DNA of 64,000 bases from positions 297,363-361,362 of the forward strand of contig CAWKPH010000001.1 in NCBI GenBank assembly GCA_963851445.1. The letters are read 5' to 3'. Made by a program: the position numbers and the translations under genes. The first letter of the stretch is position 1. Every line of letters starts with the position of its first letter. The stretch comes from an uncultured bacterium (lineage in GTDB: Bacteria > Patescibacteriota > Minisyncoccia > Phycocordibacterales > Phycocordibacteraceae). The notes beneath the pieces are model-generated. The model did not search any database, was not told the origin of the DNA, and worked only from the letters and a program-made list of their open reading frames with translations. Of the stretch, positions 39,508 to 48,671 are shown piece after piece.

Positions 39508-39818
39508 AAAAATATCTAGAATCACTTACTTCGTTTCTACGCATATTCCGCTATGGCGATCAATTGAAGCCAGTTCGCGATTGGCTTGTACTTCTTGGAA
39601 TTACATCCCTTCTCCTCATCTTGAGCGTTGTTTGGAATATATGGCTATTCGTGAATTCTGAGAATATAAAAGCCATCAATACGGCCACACTACTAGATCA
39701 ATCGACGGCCTCCGGTTCCATTCCACCCGTCCAAGCAGTTTTTCAGGAACGGGCTACACAGGAAACGGACTATCAGCATACGTATCAATTCGTTGACCCA
39801 TCACTTCCTAACAGTTAG
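39504..39818 (+). CDS. Small membrane protein (pilus-operon member, unknown role)
   Basis: One TM helix. Translationally coupled to pilO. Confidence 0.35.
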   Translation: MKKYLESLTSFLRIFRYGDQLKPVRDWLVLLGITSLLLILSVVWNIWLFVNSENIKAINTATLLDQSTASGSIPPVQAVFQERATQETDYQHTYQFVDPSLPNS

Positions 39819-39838
39819 TGTTTAAGAGTTCGATCCTA

Positions 39839-39910
39839 GCCCCCATAGCTCAATGGATAGAGCAGCGGACTTCTAAGCCGTTGATGTAGGTTCGATTCCT
39901 CCTGGGGGCA
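39839..39910 (+). tRNA. tRNA-Arg (anticodon UCU)
   Basis: GCCCCCA/TGGGGGC acceptor. Anticodon loop CTTCTAA. One mismatch each in the anticodon and T stems. Confidence 0.6.
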
Positions 39911-39995
39911 CAGCGGCATATATCTTAATTTTGACCAAACAAGAGAGAAGGGTACTATCAACAGAGATATAGTCCTTCATGTAAGGGGATCAATA

Positions 39996-40562
39996 ATGGA
40001 ATTCTCTTCATACCAAGAAACTCTTCTCAGAAAGAGGCAGATCCTCATCTACGGACGCATTGATGAAGTGATTGAAGAGTATATCGTGAAGGCAATCTTG
40101 CTGCTTAACGCAAGCAGCACTCGACGTACAATAACAATCTTCATCAATTCACGCGGAGGTGAAGTACATCCTAACAAGCATATCGTCGATGTAGTAGAAA
40201 ATTCAACAGCCCCTACGCACGGTATTGTACTCGGAAGAGCCTTTTCTTCAGCCTTCAATATCCTACAGGTTTGCACCAGGAGAATTGCATATCAAAATGC
40301 AGACCTTATGTACCACGCTTCCGATATGGCTGGTGTGCGTGTTGATGACAGGAAGTCGCGTGGGCGAATGATAAAGGAAATGGCCGCAACCCACGAAGAG
40401 TTTCTGAAATATCTGAGCGAAAGAAGCGGCCAGCCTGTGGAGCGTTGGAGAAGATGGTCTCTTACGCAGGAATACTTCACCGGTCGGCAGGCGATTCTGC
40501 TCGGTATTCTCGATGAGGTCATACGGCCGCGGAAGGATTTTCCAGAAGTCTTGGAAACATAA
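39996..40562 (+). CDS. ClpP-family serine peptidase-like protein (lone gene between two tRNAs)
   Basis: ClpP fold signatures: ILIYGRIDEV, INSRGGEV, Ser in GRAFSSAF, His in LMYHAS. Confidence 0.55.
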   Translation: MEFSSYQETLLRKRQILIYGRIDEVIEEYIVKAILLLNASSTRRTITIFINSRGGEVHPNKHIVDVVENSTAPTHGIVLGRAFSSAFNILQVCTRRIAYQNADLMYHASDMAGVRVDDRKSRGRMIKEMAATHEEFLKYLSERSGQPVERWRRWSLTQEYFTGRQAILLGILDEVIRPRKDFPEVLET

Positions 40563-40568
40563 GATATG

Positions 40569-40600
40569 AAAGGCCCGTCCATGAAGACGGGCCTACTTTG
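40569..40600. terminator. 9-bp stem hairpin between the clpP-like gene and tRNA-Val
   Basis: AGGCCCGTC catgaa GACGGGCCT. Confidence 0.45.
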
Positions 40601-40673
40601 TGCGCGCTGAGGGACTTGAACCCCCGACCTTCTCGGTGTAAACGAGTTGCTCTACCAACTGAGCTAAGCGCGC
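40601..40673 (-). tRNA. tRNA-Val (anticodon UAC)
   Basis: GCGCGCT/AGCGCGC acceptor. Anticodon loop TTTACAC. T-arm GGGGG-TTCAAGT-CCCTC. Confidence 0.75.
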
Positions 40674-40745
40674 GTATGGAGAGAATACCGCATTACCAAT
40701 ATTTTTTAAAGCAACTTTAACGCGCTATGCTAAGTTCACGTGTAT

Positions 40746-41438
40746 ATGGACGAACAAACAAATAAAGCACCCTACGCGATCGCGGTGATCATGGACGGGA
40801 ATCGCCGCTGGGCAAAGGAACAAGGAATTCCTCAGATGGAAGGTCATCGTGTGGGACTCGACAAGGTCAAAGAGCTACTCGAGTGGTGTAAGGAAGTGGG
40901 AGTAAAGGAGCTGACCTTATACGCCTTCTCAACAGAAAATTGGAACCGCGCTGAAGCCGAGGTGAAATATTTTATGGAACTTGTCGACAATGCGCTCGAT
41001 AACTCTTTTAATGAGGCGATTGCTGAAGGCGTTTGTGTGAGATTCATCGGCATTCGTAAAATGCTCCCTGAGCATATACAGCGAAAAATGGAAAAGCTCG
41101 AGCATGAGAGTAGGGAAGGGAAGAATGGTACATTCGTGCTCGCCCTTTCATACGGAGGTCGCGCGGAGATACTGTCAGCGGTAAATACCGTGCTCGATTC
41201 AGGACGCAAACAGGTCACCGAAGAAGAATTTAAAGAGGCGATGTGGAGTAAGGGACTTAAAGATCCTGATTTGATCATTCGTACCGGAGGCGACTACCGC
41301 CTCTCAAATTTTCTCACCTGGCAGTCGGTATACAGCGAGCTATTTTTTACCAATACGAAGTGGCCTGCTTTCTCGAAAGAAGAATTCCTTTCAATCTTAA
41401 AAGAATTTACAGAGCGTGAACGAAGGCACGGCAAATAG
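40746..41438 (+). CDS. uppS: Undecaprenyl-diphosphate synthase (isoprenyl transferase)
   Basis: VIMDGNRRWA and later motifs of cis-prenyltransferases. Confidence 0.85.
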   Translation: MDEQTNKAPYAIAVIMDGNRRWAKEQGIPQMEGHRVGLDKVKELLEWCKEVGVKELTLYAFSTENWNRAEAEVKYFMELVDNALDNSFNEAIAEGVCVRFIGIRKMLPEHIQRKMEKLEHESREGKNGTFVLALSYGGRAEILSAVNTVLDSGRKQVTEEEFKEAMWSKGLKDPDLIIRTGGDYRLSNFLTWQSVYSELFFTNTKWPAFSKEEFLSILKEFTERERRHGK

Positions 41439-41499
41439 CCATCTGCTCGGGAGTTTTATAGAAACAGCATTTGAGGGCCTCTGTGGTAGGGTGTTCTGT

Positions 41500-42312
41500 A
41501 TGGAGCTATCTATTCTCTACGAGGATGAGAATATCGTTGCAATTGATAAGCCGTCTGGAATGATGACACATCCCGATGGACGCCAGCAAAGTCAAAATGC
41601 GCTAGAGGCTCAGGAAACGGCAAGCGACTGGTTCGCTAGGCGATACCCCGGCTCAAAAGAGGTTGGAGAAACACAAAAACTTCAGGACGGTTCACTGATT
41701 ATGCGCCCCGGTGTTGTACATCGCCTTGATCGCGAGACTTCTGGGGTGTTGGTATTCGCAAAGACACAAGAAGCCCATGAATTCCTGAAAAATATATTTA
41801 AGGAACGGGAGGCTCATAAGACCTATCTCGCTTTTGTATATGGCGTGCCAAAGGAGAGAAGCGACAGCATTGATTTTGCGATTGGTCGCTCACGCAAAGA
41901 TTTTAGACTACGTAGCGCACAGCCCAAGGCAAAGGGCATGATGCGCGAAGCGTTAACGCGATATGTCATCGTAGGCGATATCGGTACCCACGCACTTCTC
42001 AAGGTGATGCCAGAAACCGGCCGCACGCACCAGATCCGTGTGCATCTAAAAGCAATTCATCATCCAGTGGTATGTGATCCTCTATACGCACCCAACCATC
42101 CCTGCGATCTTGGTTTCAACCGGCTTGGTCTCCATGCGTATCAACTCGACCTACCACTACTCCCAGCGGTTTTGCCAATGGCCCAAAATGATAAGGAAAA
42201 TCGGGAAGCGGGAACACTAGAGCGCATTACAATTACTGCACCAGTCCCACACGATCTTGAGCCTGCGCTTAACAAATTCGTAGAAGCAGCGGATATTATG
42301 CGCGCTCGGTAA
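41500..42312 (+). CDS. RluA-family pseudouridine synthase
   Basis: Catalytic motif HRLDRETSGV plus the VAIDKPSGM pattern. The start is uncertain (41416 or 41500). Confidence 0.75.
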   Translation: MELSILYEDENIVAIDKPSGMMTHPDGRQQSQNALEAQETASDWFARRYPGSKEVGETQKLQDGSLIMRPGVVHRLDRETSGVLVFAKTQEAHEFLKNIFKEREAHKTYLAFVYGVPKERSDSIDFAIGRSRKDFRLRSAQPKAKGMMREALTRYVIVGDIGTHALLKVMPETGRTHQIRVHLKAIHHPVVCDPLYAPNHPCDLGFNRLGLHAYQLDLPLLPAVLPMAQNDKENREAGTLERITITAPVPHDLEPALNKFVEAADIMRAR

Positions 42313-42329
42313 CCTAAGACTGTAGGCCT

Positions 42330-43115
42330 ATGCGTATAGATTTCTTTGAAGAATACCCAGCGGAATGTCTTGAAATCGCAGCTCGTCTCCCATTTCCTTC
42401 TACAATCTACATCGCAGCTCACTCGGTAGGTGAATTCTTCGAATACCGCGACAAACTAAAAGTAATAAATCCAAATTGCGAAGCTGCATACTGGCCACTA
42501 CTCCCGCACTCATACTGGGTCTCACCACTCTCATTTCCTCAAGAGCTCGAGACGATTATAGCCGAACTTGAGGGATGTACAGATGAGTCGTTTCCCGTGT
42601 TAATTGATCTTGAACTACCAATCCTCCAGAAACATCTCTTTTTAAAAAATTGTAAACATTTTTTCTCAAACAAGAGACGTATCAAACGCCTCCTTACACT
42701 TCCTCAGCGTACAAAACTTTCTATACGCACCGCAGAATATTGGTATTCGGTCGGATGGGCGAAGTTCCTTACGCAGCTGGCCGGAGTTTCCTATCCGAAA
42801 CTGACTGATCATACACCTCTCATTATGTGGTACCCGAGCATTCTGCGCGCTCTTGATAAGAATCTTCTCTCAACCGACAATTACATGCGCAAATATTTGT
42901 CTAAAGCGTTAGCACGTAGAAATGTCGAACTTGCATACGGAGCACTCTCTATTGGAGTTTTCGAAAAAGAACCAATCGTAACTCCTGAAGCACTACGTAA
43001 AGACCTGTATTTCATGAAGAATGCAGGGGCTACGCGCATCACTATTTTTCGTCTCGAGGGAGTGACAGACAAGATGCTAGAGATCTTGGAACCCTATGCT
43101 CGCGAAGAGTCATAA
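42330..43115 (+). CDS. Hypothetical protein, 261 aa
   Basis: No recognisable motif. Compositionally host-like. Confidence 0.35.
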   Translation: MRIDFFEEYPAECLEIAARLPFPSTIYIAAHSVGEFFEYRDKLKVINPNCEAAYWPLLPHSYWVSPLSFPQELETIIAELEGCTDESFPVLIDLELPILQKHLFLKNCKHFFSNKRRIKRLLTLPQRTKLSIRTAEYWYSVGWAKFLTQLAGVSYPKLTDHTPLIMWYPSILRALDKNLLSTDNYMRKYLSKALARRNVELAYGALSIGVFEKEPIVTPEALRKDLYFMKNAGATRITIFRLEGVTDKMLEILEPYAREES

Positions 43116-43180
43116 GCGGCTTGGCTTACTGTGAAGATGATTTTGCTTTTAACGAGAGGCCGTGTTACAGTTTTGCCACT

Positions 43181-43723
43181 ATGAATTCCGTTATTACCCC
43201 GGTTAAGACCGATGAGCGCACCAAGCTTGGCATTTCTGCTGGGGATACCGTTCGTGTCCATCAGAAGATCGTTGAGAAAGGGAAAACTCGCATCCAAACG
43301 TTCGAAGGTCTTGTTATTGCCGTAAAGCACGGGAATGAAGCCGGTGGCACCTTTACCGTCCGTGCAACCCTTTCGGGCGTAGGCGTTGAGAAAATATTTC
43401 CACTCTACGCTCCCTTTATAGAGAGTATCGAAATAGTTCGTCGTTCCAAGGTTCGTCGCGCAAAACTCTACTTTATCCGCGAAAAGGTTGCTCGTGACGT
43501 TCGTCGCCAGCTCCGCAATATGCGTCTGGTTAATATCTCGTCGACAGACTTTGTTGAAGAAGAGGTTCCAGAAAGCGCTGCTGCCGAGACTCCAGAACCT
43601 AGTGCTGAAATAATGGAAGGGAATGAAGATACCTCTACAGAATCAAACCAGACTGAGGAGAGTCCGGTAGAAGATGAAAAGGAAACCGCTGAAGAGGGTG
43701 CAGTCGAACCAGAAGTCTCCTAG
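43181..43723 (+). CDS. rplS: 50S ribosomal protein L19 with an acidic C-terminal extension
   Basis: [27 protein letters not shown]...TFTVR...[10 protein letters not shown]...[12 protein letters not shown]. Confidence 0.8.
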   Translation: MNSVITPVKTDERTKLGISAGDTVRVHQKIVEKGKTRIQTFEGLVIAVKHGNEAGGTFTVRATLSGVGVEKIFPLYAPFIESIEIVRRSKVRRAKLYFIREKVARDVRRQLRNMRLVNISSTDFVEEEVPESAAAETPEPSAEIMEGNEDTSTESNQTEESPVEDEKETAEEGAVEPEVS

Positions 43724-43772
43724 TTTTTATTGAAAATCCAAGCTGAAGTGAGTATAGTGAGCAGACACCTTG

Positions 43773-43855
43773 CCCAGGTGGCGAAATTGGTAGACGTACC
43801 ACCTTGAGGTGGTGGCGCCCGTTAGGGCATGGAGGTTCGAGTCCTCTCCTGGGCA
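43773..43855 (+). tRNA. tRNA-Leu (anticodon GAG)
   Basis: Class II tRNA. GCCCAGG/CCTGGGC acceptor. Anticodon stem CCACC/GGTGG with loop TTGAGGT. Long variable arm. Confidence 0.8.
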
Positions 43856-43867
43856 CTTTATATCTTT

Positions 43868-44440
43868 ATGGCACTTTACACTGGCAAAGGAGATGGAGGT
43901 ACAACAAAAGTATTCGGCTGCGATCAACAACGCATCTCGAAATCTTCAGAATTGCCTGAAGCGCTCGGTACACTCGACGAACTCAATTCATTTCTCGGGC
44001 TTTGCAAAGTGTATGCGCAGAACGCCCCAGGCCCGAGGGTGCCAATAGGAAAGAAAACACGCTCACTTTCCCAAGTGCTCGATGAGATTCAGCAAAATCT
44101 TTTTATCGTGCAAGCGGAAACCGCTGGCGCGCCAAAAAAATTAGGGAAGGCAAAGGTCACACAGTCGGAATTAATCATCAACACGATAGAAAAAGCCATG
44201 CCGCCCATCACAACCTTTACGGTCGCCGGAGGCACTGAACTTTCTGCACAACTCGACGTCGCGCGCACAATGAGCCGGCGTGCGGAGCGTCGGTTAGTCG
44301 CAGTTGCAGAAACCGGACAACGCACACTTTCACCGAACACGAAGGCGTATATGAATCGTTTATCGTCACTTCTTTTCGCACTTGCACGGTATGCAAATAC
44401 TGAGGCAGGTATCGATCGAGAATCTCCAAAGTACGTTTAG
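43868..44440 (+). CDS. PduO-type ATP:cob(I)alamin adenosyltransferase family protein
   Basis: MALYTGKGDGGTTKVFG...EALGTLDELNSFLGL is the MMAB/PduO motif. Confidence 0.65.
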   Translation: MALYTGKGDGGTTKVFGCDQQRISKSSELPEALGTLDELNSFLGLCKVYAQNAPGPRVPIGKKTRSLSQVLDEIQQNLFIVQAETAGAPKKLGKAKVTQSELIINTIEKAMPPITTFTVAGGTELSAQLDVARTMSRRAERRLVAVAETGQRTLSPNTKAYMNRLSSLLFALARYANTEAGIDRESPKYV

Positions 44441-44523
44441 AGCTTCCGAACACGTCCTTTGCGTGGTATAAGAACCAAGTCACTCGTTGCTCGTGTATAT
44501 TTTGCAAACTGGAGTGGCAACAT

Positions 44524-44596
44524 GGCGGCCTTAGCTCAGCGGTAGAGCTCCTGGTTGTGGTCCAGGCGGTCGTGGGTTCGATCCCCACAGGTCGCC
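44524..44596 (+). tRNA. tRNA-His (anticodon GUG) with encoded G-1
   Basis: Extra 5' G pairs with the discriminator C. Anticodon loop TTGTGGT. T-arm GTGGG-TTCGATC-CCCAC. Confidence 0.8.
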
Positions 44597-46000
44597 CCCA
44601 AAGGTGCTTAATATAACTTTTTCTTTGGAGTCTGATTCCACTTCCAGTGGAATACCTCTCTGCGCCTTGTAAGATATGGCTCCTACGGCCTCTAAAGCCT
44701 CCACGATGGGCGATTTGGTGGCCTTAGTGATAAGACGCTTCTGTGCCTCAAAACGCTCCCAAAAGAGCCCTAAGTAGAGGCGTTTTAGTTCCGGCTTGGC
44801 ATCTTCGTATGTTGATCCGATATCCCGCAAAAGTGCTAATACTTGCTGGATAGTATCCACCTTGATGTTCTTAGAGCGCTCCAGCTTAAAGAGCTCGTCA
44901 TCTATCCCTTCGATTTCCGCTCGATAGCGAGCTTTCAACCGCGAGAAGCTCTCATCATCCAATATGCGAGCAATGAGTTTCTCTTCAGCAAACCCCAGTT
45001 TTTCTTCAAGAGCCCCGCGTGTTTTTTCCAGACGTAATCTCTTTTGTTTTACAGAGTTGCGCTTAGCTTGATATACACCATCCAACCTAGCTTCTGCTTT
45101 CTTCAGAAAAGCTTCCGAGAATTGTATTTTGTTAAAATGCTCCTGCACCTGCGACTCCAAGTCTGCAACTTCTACGTACCTGTCTGCACATTTTCCAGCG
45201 TCTCCAACTAATTTCCGATTGCCGTAATGGCTGCAATGGTAATAGGATTTAGCTTTTCTCACATTATGCTCCGCAGTATATCTATAGCCGCATAGTGCGC
45301 ACCATACAAAACCGCGAAGTATGAAATTAAACTTACGACGTTTGCAGCGTCTCCCATTATGTTCGTTCGCTATGGCTTGGCAACGGTCGAACGTATCTTG
45401 ATCAATAAGCGGTTCGTGCTTTCCTGCGCCAATCAGCCCATGCCAACGCATTTCTCCGTAGTAGAAGTGATTCTGAAGTAGTGTAGTCATCTTGCCGTGA
45501 GCGAGATGTTTACCAGTGCGTGATCTAAATCCTTGCCGAGTTAGGATGTCTCTCACCTCGATAACAGAATAATCCCCAGTAGCGTACATCTTGAAAGCTT
45601 CCGTAATGAAATGTCCGCGTTCAGGATCAACTATCACTGTGCGATGTTTCTCCCCACCCTCACCAGCAACATTCAAATATCCGATAGCTACATGAGTCGG
45701 CCAGCCACCATCACGAAACTTCTGCTCGAGACTCTTAATAGTTTTTCGTGATGTCATCTGAGATTGGAATTGATTCACGCCGGCAATAACCAGATCCATG
45801 AAGTTCCCCTCGGGCGTGTCTTCAAGTCCAGGTTGCGATACGGATACTAGTTGTACGTCGCGTTTGCGTAAGAGAGCTTTGATGACCAAGTGATCATTTG
45901 CGTTTCGCGCTAATCTGTCAGTGTCCTGCACAAAGACAGCTTTTACATTTTTATCTTCTTGTACTCGGAGAAGTAAGTCTTGAAGCCCTGGCCTATTCAT
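44531..46000 (-). pseudogene. Large serine recombinase lacking the N-terminal catalytic-serine segment (about 75 aa missing); its 3' end runs through tRNA-His
   Basis: The ORF begins at the RPGLQ motif (MNRPGLQDLL). It retains the rest of the resolvase domain, the recombinase domain, a zinc ribbon (CALCGYRY...YYHCSHY) and a coiled coil. Upstream in-frame sequence reaches a stop at 46073-46075 without any YxRVSxxxQ catalytic motif in any frame. Confidence 0.6.
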
Positions 46001-46005
46001 CGTAG

Positions 46006-46734
46006 TTGCACTCTTGCCAGGATCTTCATATACGCCGTCTTCGGCTAATCGGTAAGTTCCACTTTCGGGTGATTATCGTGCTTACTGTCATCGCTCTTGC
46101 GTTGACCCTGCTGTTTAGGTGGCAGGATCAAAATCAAGCAGAGACCCCTTTCTTTCAATACCGGTATGATGCCCAAACAGATGCCATAGATATCGACACG
46201 ACGAATGATTTTGATGTGAGCACTATCCAGTGGTATGTGCCAAACGCGACTGGAACTTCGACGGGTCAGGTTTCTGGCGGGGAGATGGCGATAGAAGATA
46301 TTGTATCAGCAGCGGAAGAGAATCTTCCCTCGGGAGAATATTCTTACACTTATCCAAATAGTTTAGACGGGTACGTCAGATGTCAGTTACTTAACCAATT
46401 CACTCTCGATGATGACTCTACTTCCACCCAACCTTTGGATGGCTATCCAATTATGGTCAGAACGTTTTACACCTACAAAGGTGCGCTTACTGAACCAAAA
46501 GAAGACCTAGGAGTGATATGGCTCAGTGAGACTAGCTTAAATACTCCTGTAGTCTCTTCAGTCGATAACTTGTCTTCCTCGGATTGGAATATACTCCTTG
46601 CGAGCGGTGATAGAGAGTGGGCGCGGGTGTTGCAAAGGATTCCTTTCGATTCCCAAACAAAGTACCTAACAGATGATGGCCATTGCATGCAGATGGGATA
46701 TTCGGTGCCCACAGTCCATGTGAACCCAAGCTAG
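46006..46734 (+). CDS. Membrane-anchored extracellular protein, unknown function
   Basis: N-terminal TM helix (VIIVLTVIALALTLLF). Acidic, T/S-rich extracellular domain. Confidence 0.35.
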   Translation: MHSCQDLHIRRLRLIGKFHFRVIIVLTVIALALTLLFRWQDQNQAETPFFQYRYDAQTDAIDIDTTNDFDVSTIQWYVPNATGTSTGQVSGGEMAIEDIVSAAEENLPSGEYSYTYPNSLDGYVRCQLLNQFTLDDDSTSTQPLDGYPIMVRTFYTYKGALTEPKEDLGVIWLSETSLNTPVVSSVDNLSSSDWNILLASGDREWARVLQRIPFDSQTKYLTDDGHCMQMGYSVPTVHVNPS

Positions 46735-46754
46735 GTTCTGAATGCCGCTATTAG

Positions 46755-46888
46755 GTTTAGTTTTTCCCTGATACCCGCCATGTACTCTGGATCGGATAGA
46801 ATAGTTAGATAGTCCGCACCCCTCCCGCCCTCGTTTTTCAGTCTTTATGTACGGGCTTCCACAGCGTGGGAGCAACGAGAATCGAACT
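46755..46888. repeat. Island repeat copy 1 (long form, about 130 nt)
   Basis: Core CCCGCCATGTACTCTGGATCGGATAGAATAGTTAGATAGTCCGCACCCCTCCCGCCCTCGTTTTTCAG..., about 75% identical to copy 3 over about 130 nt. Confidence 0.6.
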
Positions 46889-46914
46889 TTAAACGCTAGT
46901 TGATTTGTTTGATA

Positions 46915-46946
46915 TGAAAAGCCCCGCGAATTGCTTCACGGGGCTC
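46915..46946 (-). terminator. Rho-independent terminator of zupT
   Basis: GCCCCG tgaagcaattc CGGGGC, followed on the minus strand by TTTTCAT. Confidence 0.55.
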
Positions 46947-46960
46947 TAAGAGCACTATAT

Positions 46961-47680
46961 TTATCCGCCAGCCAGACGTACCGCACCGTAGAGCACAGCT
47001 GCTCCGAGAAACGTCATCAGCGTAGTGCCAAGACGCGGATGACGATGGTAGCTCTCGGGTATCAAGTCGCTTGCCCCCAAATACAAGAAGGAACCCACAA
47101 AGACCGCGAGCACCAACCCAATCGTTCCGTCAGGGATACGAAAGAAAAGCGTTGAAGCGGCACCCAATATCGGCGCGATTGCATCGACAAGGAGCCACTG
47201 AAGCGCCAACTTCCAGGCACCTCCGTTTCGTAGGATGAGGCTAGCAGTGTTGATGCCATCGGAGAAGTCGTGGGTAAGTACGGCCACAGCCACAATAATG
47301 CCGATGGCGGGGGATGCTTGGAACCCGATGCCGATCGCTACACCATCAAGAAAGCTGTGCATCGAGAGCGTTACGGCGCCGAACACACCACGAGGCATAT
47401 TCAGGTCACTTTCTTCCTCGTGCGTGCGAAGAAGCATGAGACGATCGAGTGTGAGGTACGCAAGGAAGCCGAGTGCAACGAAGAGCGCGACTGTTGCGGG
47501 CGCATGATACTTGGTTCCAAGTTCGATTGACTCAGGCAGAAGGTCAAAGAGCGCCACTGCCACGATGGCTCCCGCTGAAAAGCCAAGAACGAGGTGCAGC
47601 TTATCGCGGAAGCGTATGGCGAACGAGCCACCGATTAAGGTCGCAACGCAGGCTCCGCCCGCGATGAGGATCACTAACAT
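46961..47680 (-). CDS. zupT: ZIP-family zinc transporter ZupT
   Basis: Eight TM helices with His-rich metal-binding helices (HSFLDGVAIG, HDFSDGI). About 55% GC. Confidence 0.8.
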   Translation of the reverse strand: MLVILIAGGACVATLIGGSFAIRFRDKLHLVLGFSAGAIVAVALFDLLPESIELGTKYHAPATVALFVALGFLAYLTLDRLMLLRTHEEESDLNMPRGVFGAVTLSMHSFLDGVAIGIGFQASPAIGIIVAVAVLTHDFSDGINTASLILRNGGAWKLALQWLLVDAIAPILGAASTLFFRIPDGTIGLVLAVFVGSFLYLGASDLIPESYHRHPRLGTTLMTFLGAAVLYGAVRLAGG

Positions 47681-47719
47681 GACGAGTCTCCAGGGTTCAG
47701 TCTCTCTGCTGCTGATACT

Positions 47720-47736
47720 AATGCAATCTTATTGCA
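47720..47736. promoter_or_regulatory. Perfect palindrome ATGCAA-TCTTA-TTGCAT upstream of zupT (candidate Zur box)
   Basis: Same 6-5-6 motif as the sites at 34218-34278 and 48251-48267. Confidence 0.5.
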
Positions 47737-47748
47737 TCTGCAAATATC

Positions 47749-48192
47749 TTATTTATCTAACTTCGCTCTACACTTCTTACACAACCCGAAAAACTCAAGC
47801 GAGTAATCCTTAACCGATGCGAATCCCTTGCTTCGCTTCAATGCTTCCTTTGTTGATACGGTCGGATGGGGGAGTTCTATATCTTCTACGTATCCGCAGT
47901 TGGTGCAAACGATGTGATGGTGATGAGGACGGCCAACGACGAGTTCGTAGTGGGCATGGCCATGCCGAAGATCAGAACGTTCGACAATGCCTGCATCAGC
48001 CAGAAGTTCAAGGTTTCGATAGAGCGTCACTTCGTTGATGCCTTTCCCAACCTTCTTCTGAAGTTCTTCGATGGTGAGTGGCTTGGGTTCTTTTCCAAGC
48101 ACCTCAAGAATCTTCACGCGCCCAGGCGTTATTTTTGAACCAAGACCCTTCAGTAGGGCTTCTGGTTGAACGGCGCTGTTCTTCATAGCCAT
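47749..48192 (-). CDS. zur: Fur-family metalloregulator, probably Zur
   Basis: Winged-helix N-terminus. HHHH..C..CG metal site and a C-terminal CxxC. Adjacent to zupT. Confidence 0.75.
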   Translation of the reverse strand: MAMKNSAVQPEALLKGLGSKITPGRVKILEVLGKEPKPLTIEELQKKVGKGINEVTLYRNLELLADAGIVERSDLRHGHAHYELVVGRPHHHHIVCTNCGYVEDIELPHPTVSTKEALKRSKGFASVKDYSLEFFGLCKKCRAKLDK

Positions 48193-48250
48193 ATACTACC
48201 GTAGAATGGAGTATTTTTGCAGTTAACCAGAACAGGTACGTTATACACAA

Positions 48251-48267
48251 GTGCAAAGTTCTTGCAT
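48251..48267. promoter_or_regulatory. GTGCAA-AGTTC-TTGCAT palindrome in the divergent promoter region between zur and the 107-aa gene
   Basis: 11 of 12 arm positions match the ATGCAA-N5-TTGCAT motif. Confidence 0.45.
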
Positions 48268-48325
48268 TTATAGCTTTCTAGCAGTATACTGTCTTCAGGC
48301 CTTTCAGCAACGGGAGACATGAAGA

Positions 48326-48649
48326 ATGAAGGCAACACTTGCTCTTTTCGAAACCCATACGGGAGGTGAGCAGTTGCGTCTCTATTTCCCAACATGGGAA
48401 GTGGGCGGGCGCACGCTCAAGGGCGTTAACGTGCTTCCGCATCGCTGTGATCCGTCCGTATGCGAATACGGAGATCACGTCCATGTGGGGGTATACGACG
48501 AGCCGATCCGCATTGTCAACGAAGACTACGCGACGCTCACCGACGAACAGTCAGCGGCGATCACGGACTACCTTCGTGGTCAACTGGCCGTGGATTACTT
48601 GATCTACGTCTTCGAGAACCTCATCAACGAGTCCACCCAAGCCGCATAG
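48326..48649 (+). CDS. High-GC (about 62%) Cys/His-containing small protein, 107 aa, unknown
   Basis: HRCDPSVCEYGDHVHVG suggests a possible metal site. Tightly followed by the 255-aa gene. Confidence 0.4.
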   Translation: MKATLALFETHTGGEQLRLYFPTWEVGGRTLKGVNVLPHRCDPSVCEYGDHVHVGVYDEPIRIVNEDYATLTDEQSAAITDYLRGQLAVDYLIYVFENLINESTQAA

Positions 48650-48671
48650 CGGCACATCAAGGAGAAGTAAG

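Noticed and set aside
39817-39838. T-arm-like GAGTTCGATCCTAGC just upstream of tRNA-Arg(UCU), a possible tRNA fragment
   Set aside because: The flanks cannot pair into acceptor or T stems. It is likely chance similarity to the GTTCGATCC box.
43809-44048. ORF 43809..44048 (+) overlapping tRNA-Leu and the start of the adenosyltransferase gene
   Set aside because: Begins inside the tRNA and is out of frame with the well-supported PduO-type gene, whose start is the internal ATG at 43868.
46666-46875. Minus-strand ORF spanning island repeat copy 1
   Set aside because: Generated by the repeat sequence itself. The equivalent frames are not conserved in copies 2-4.
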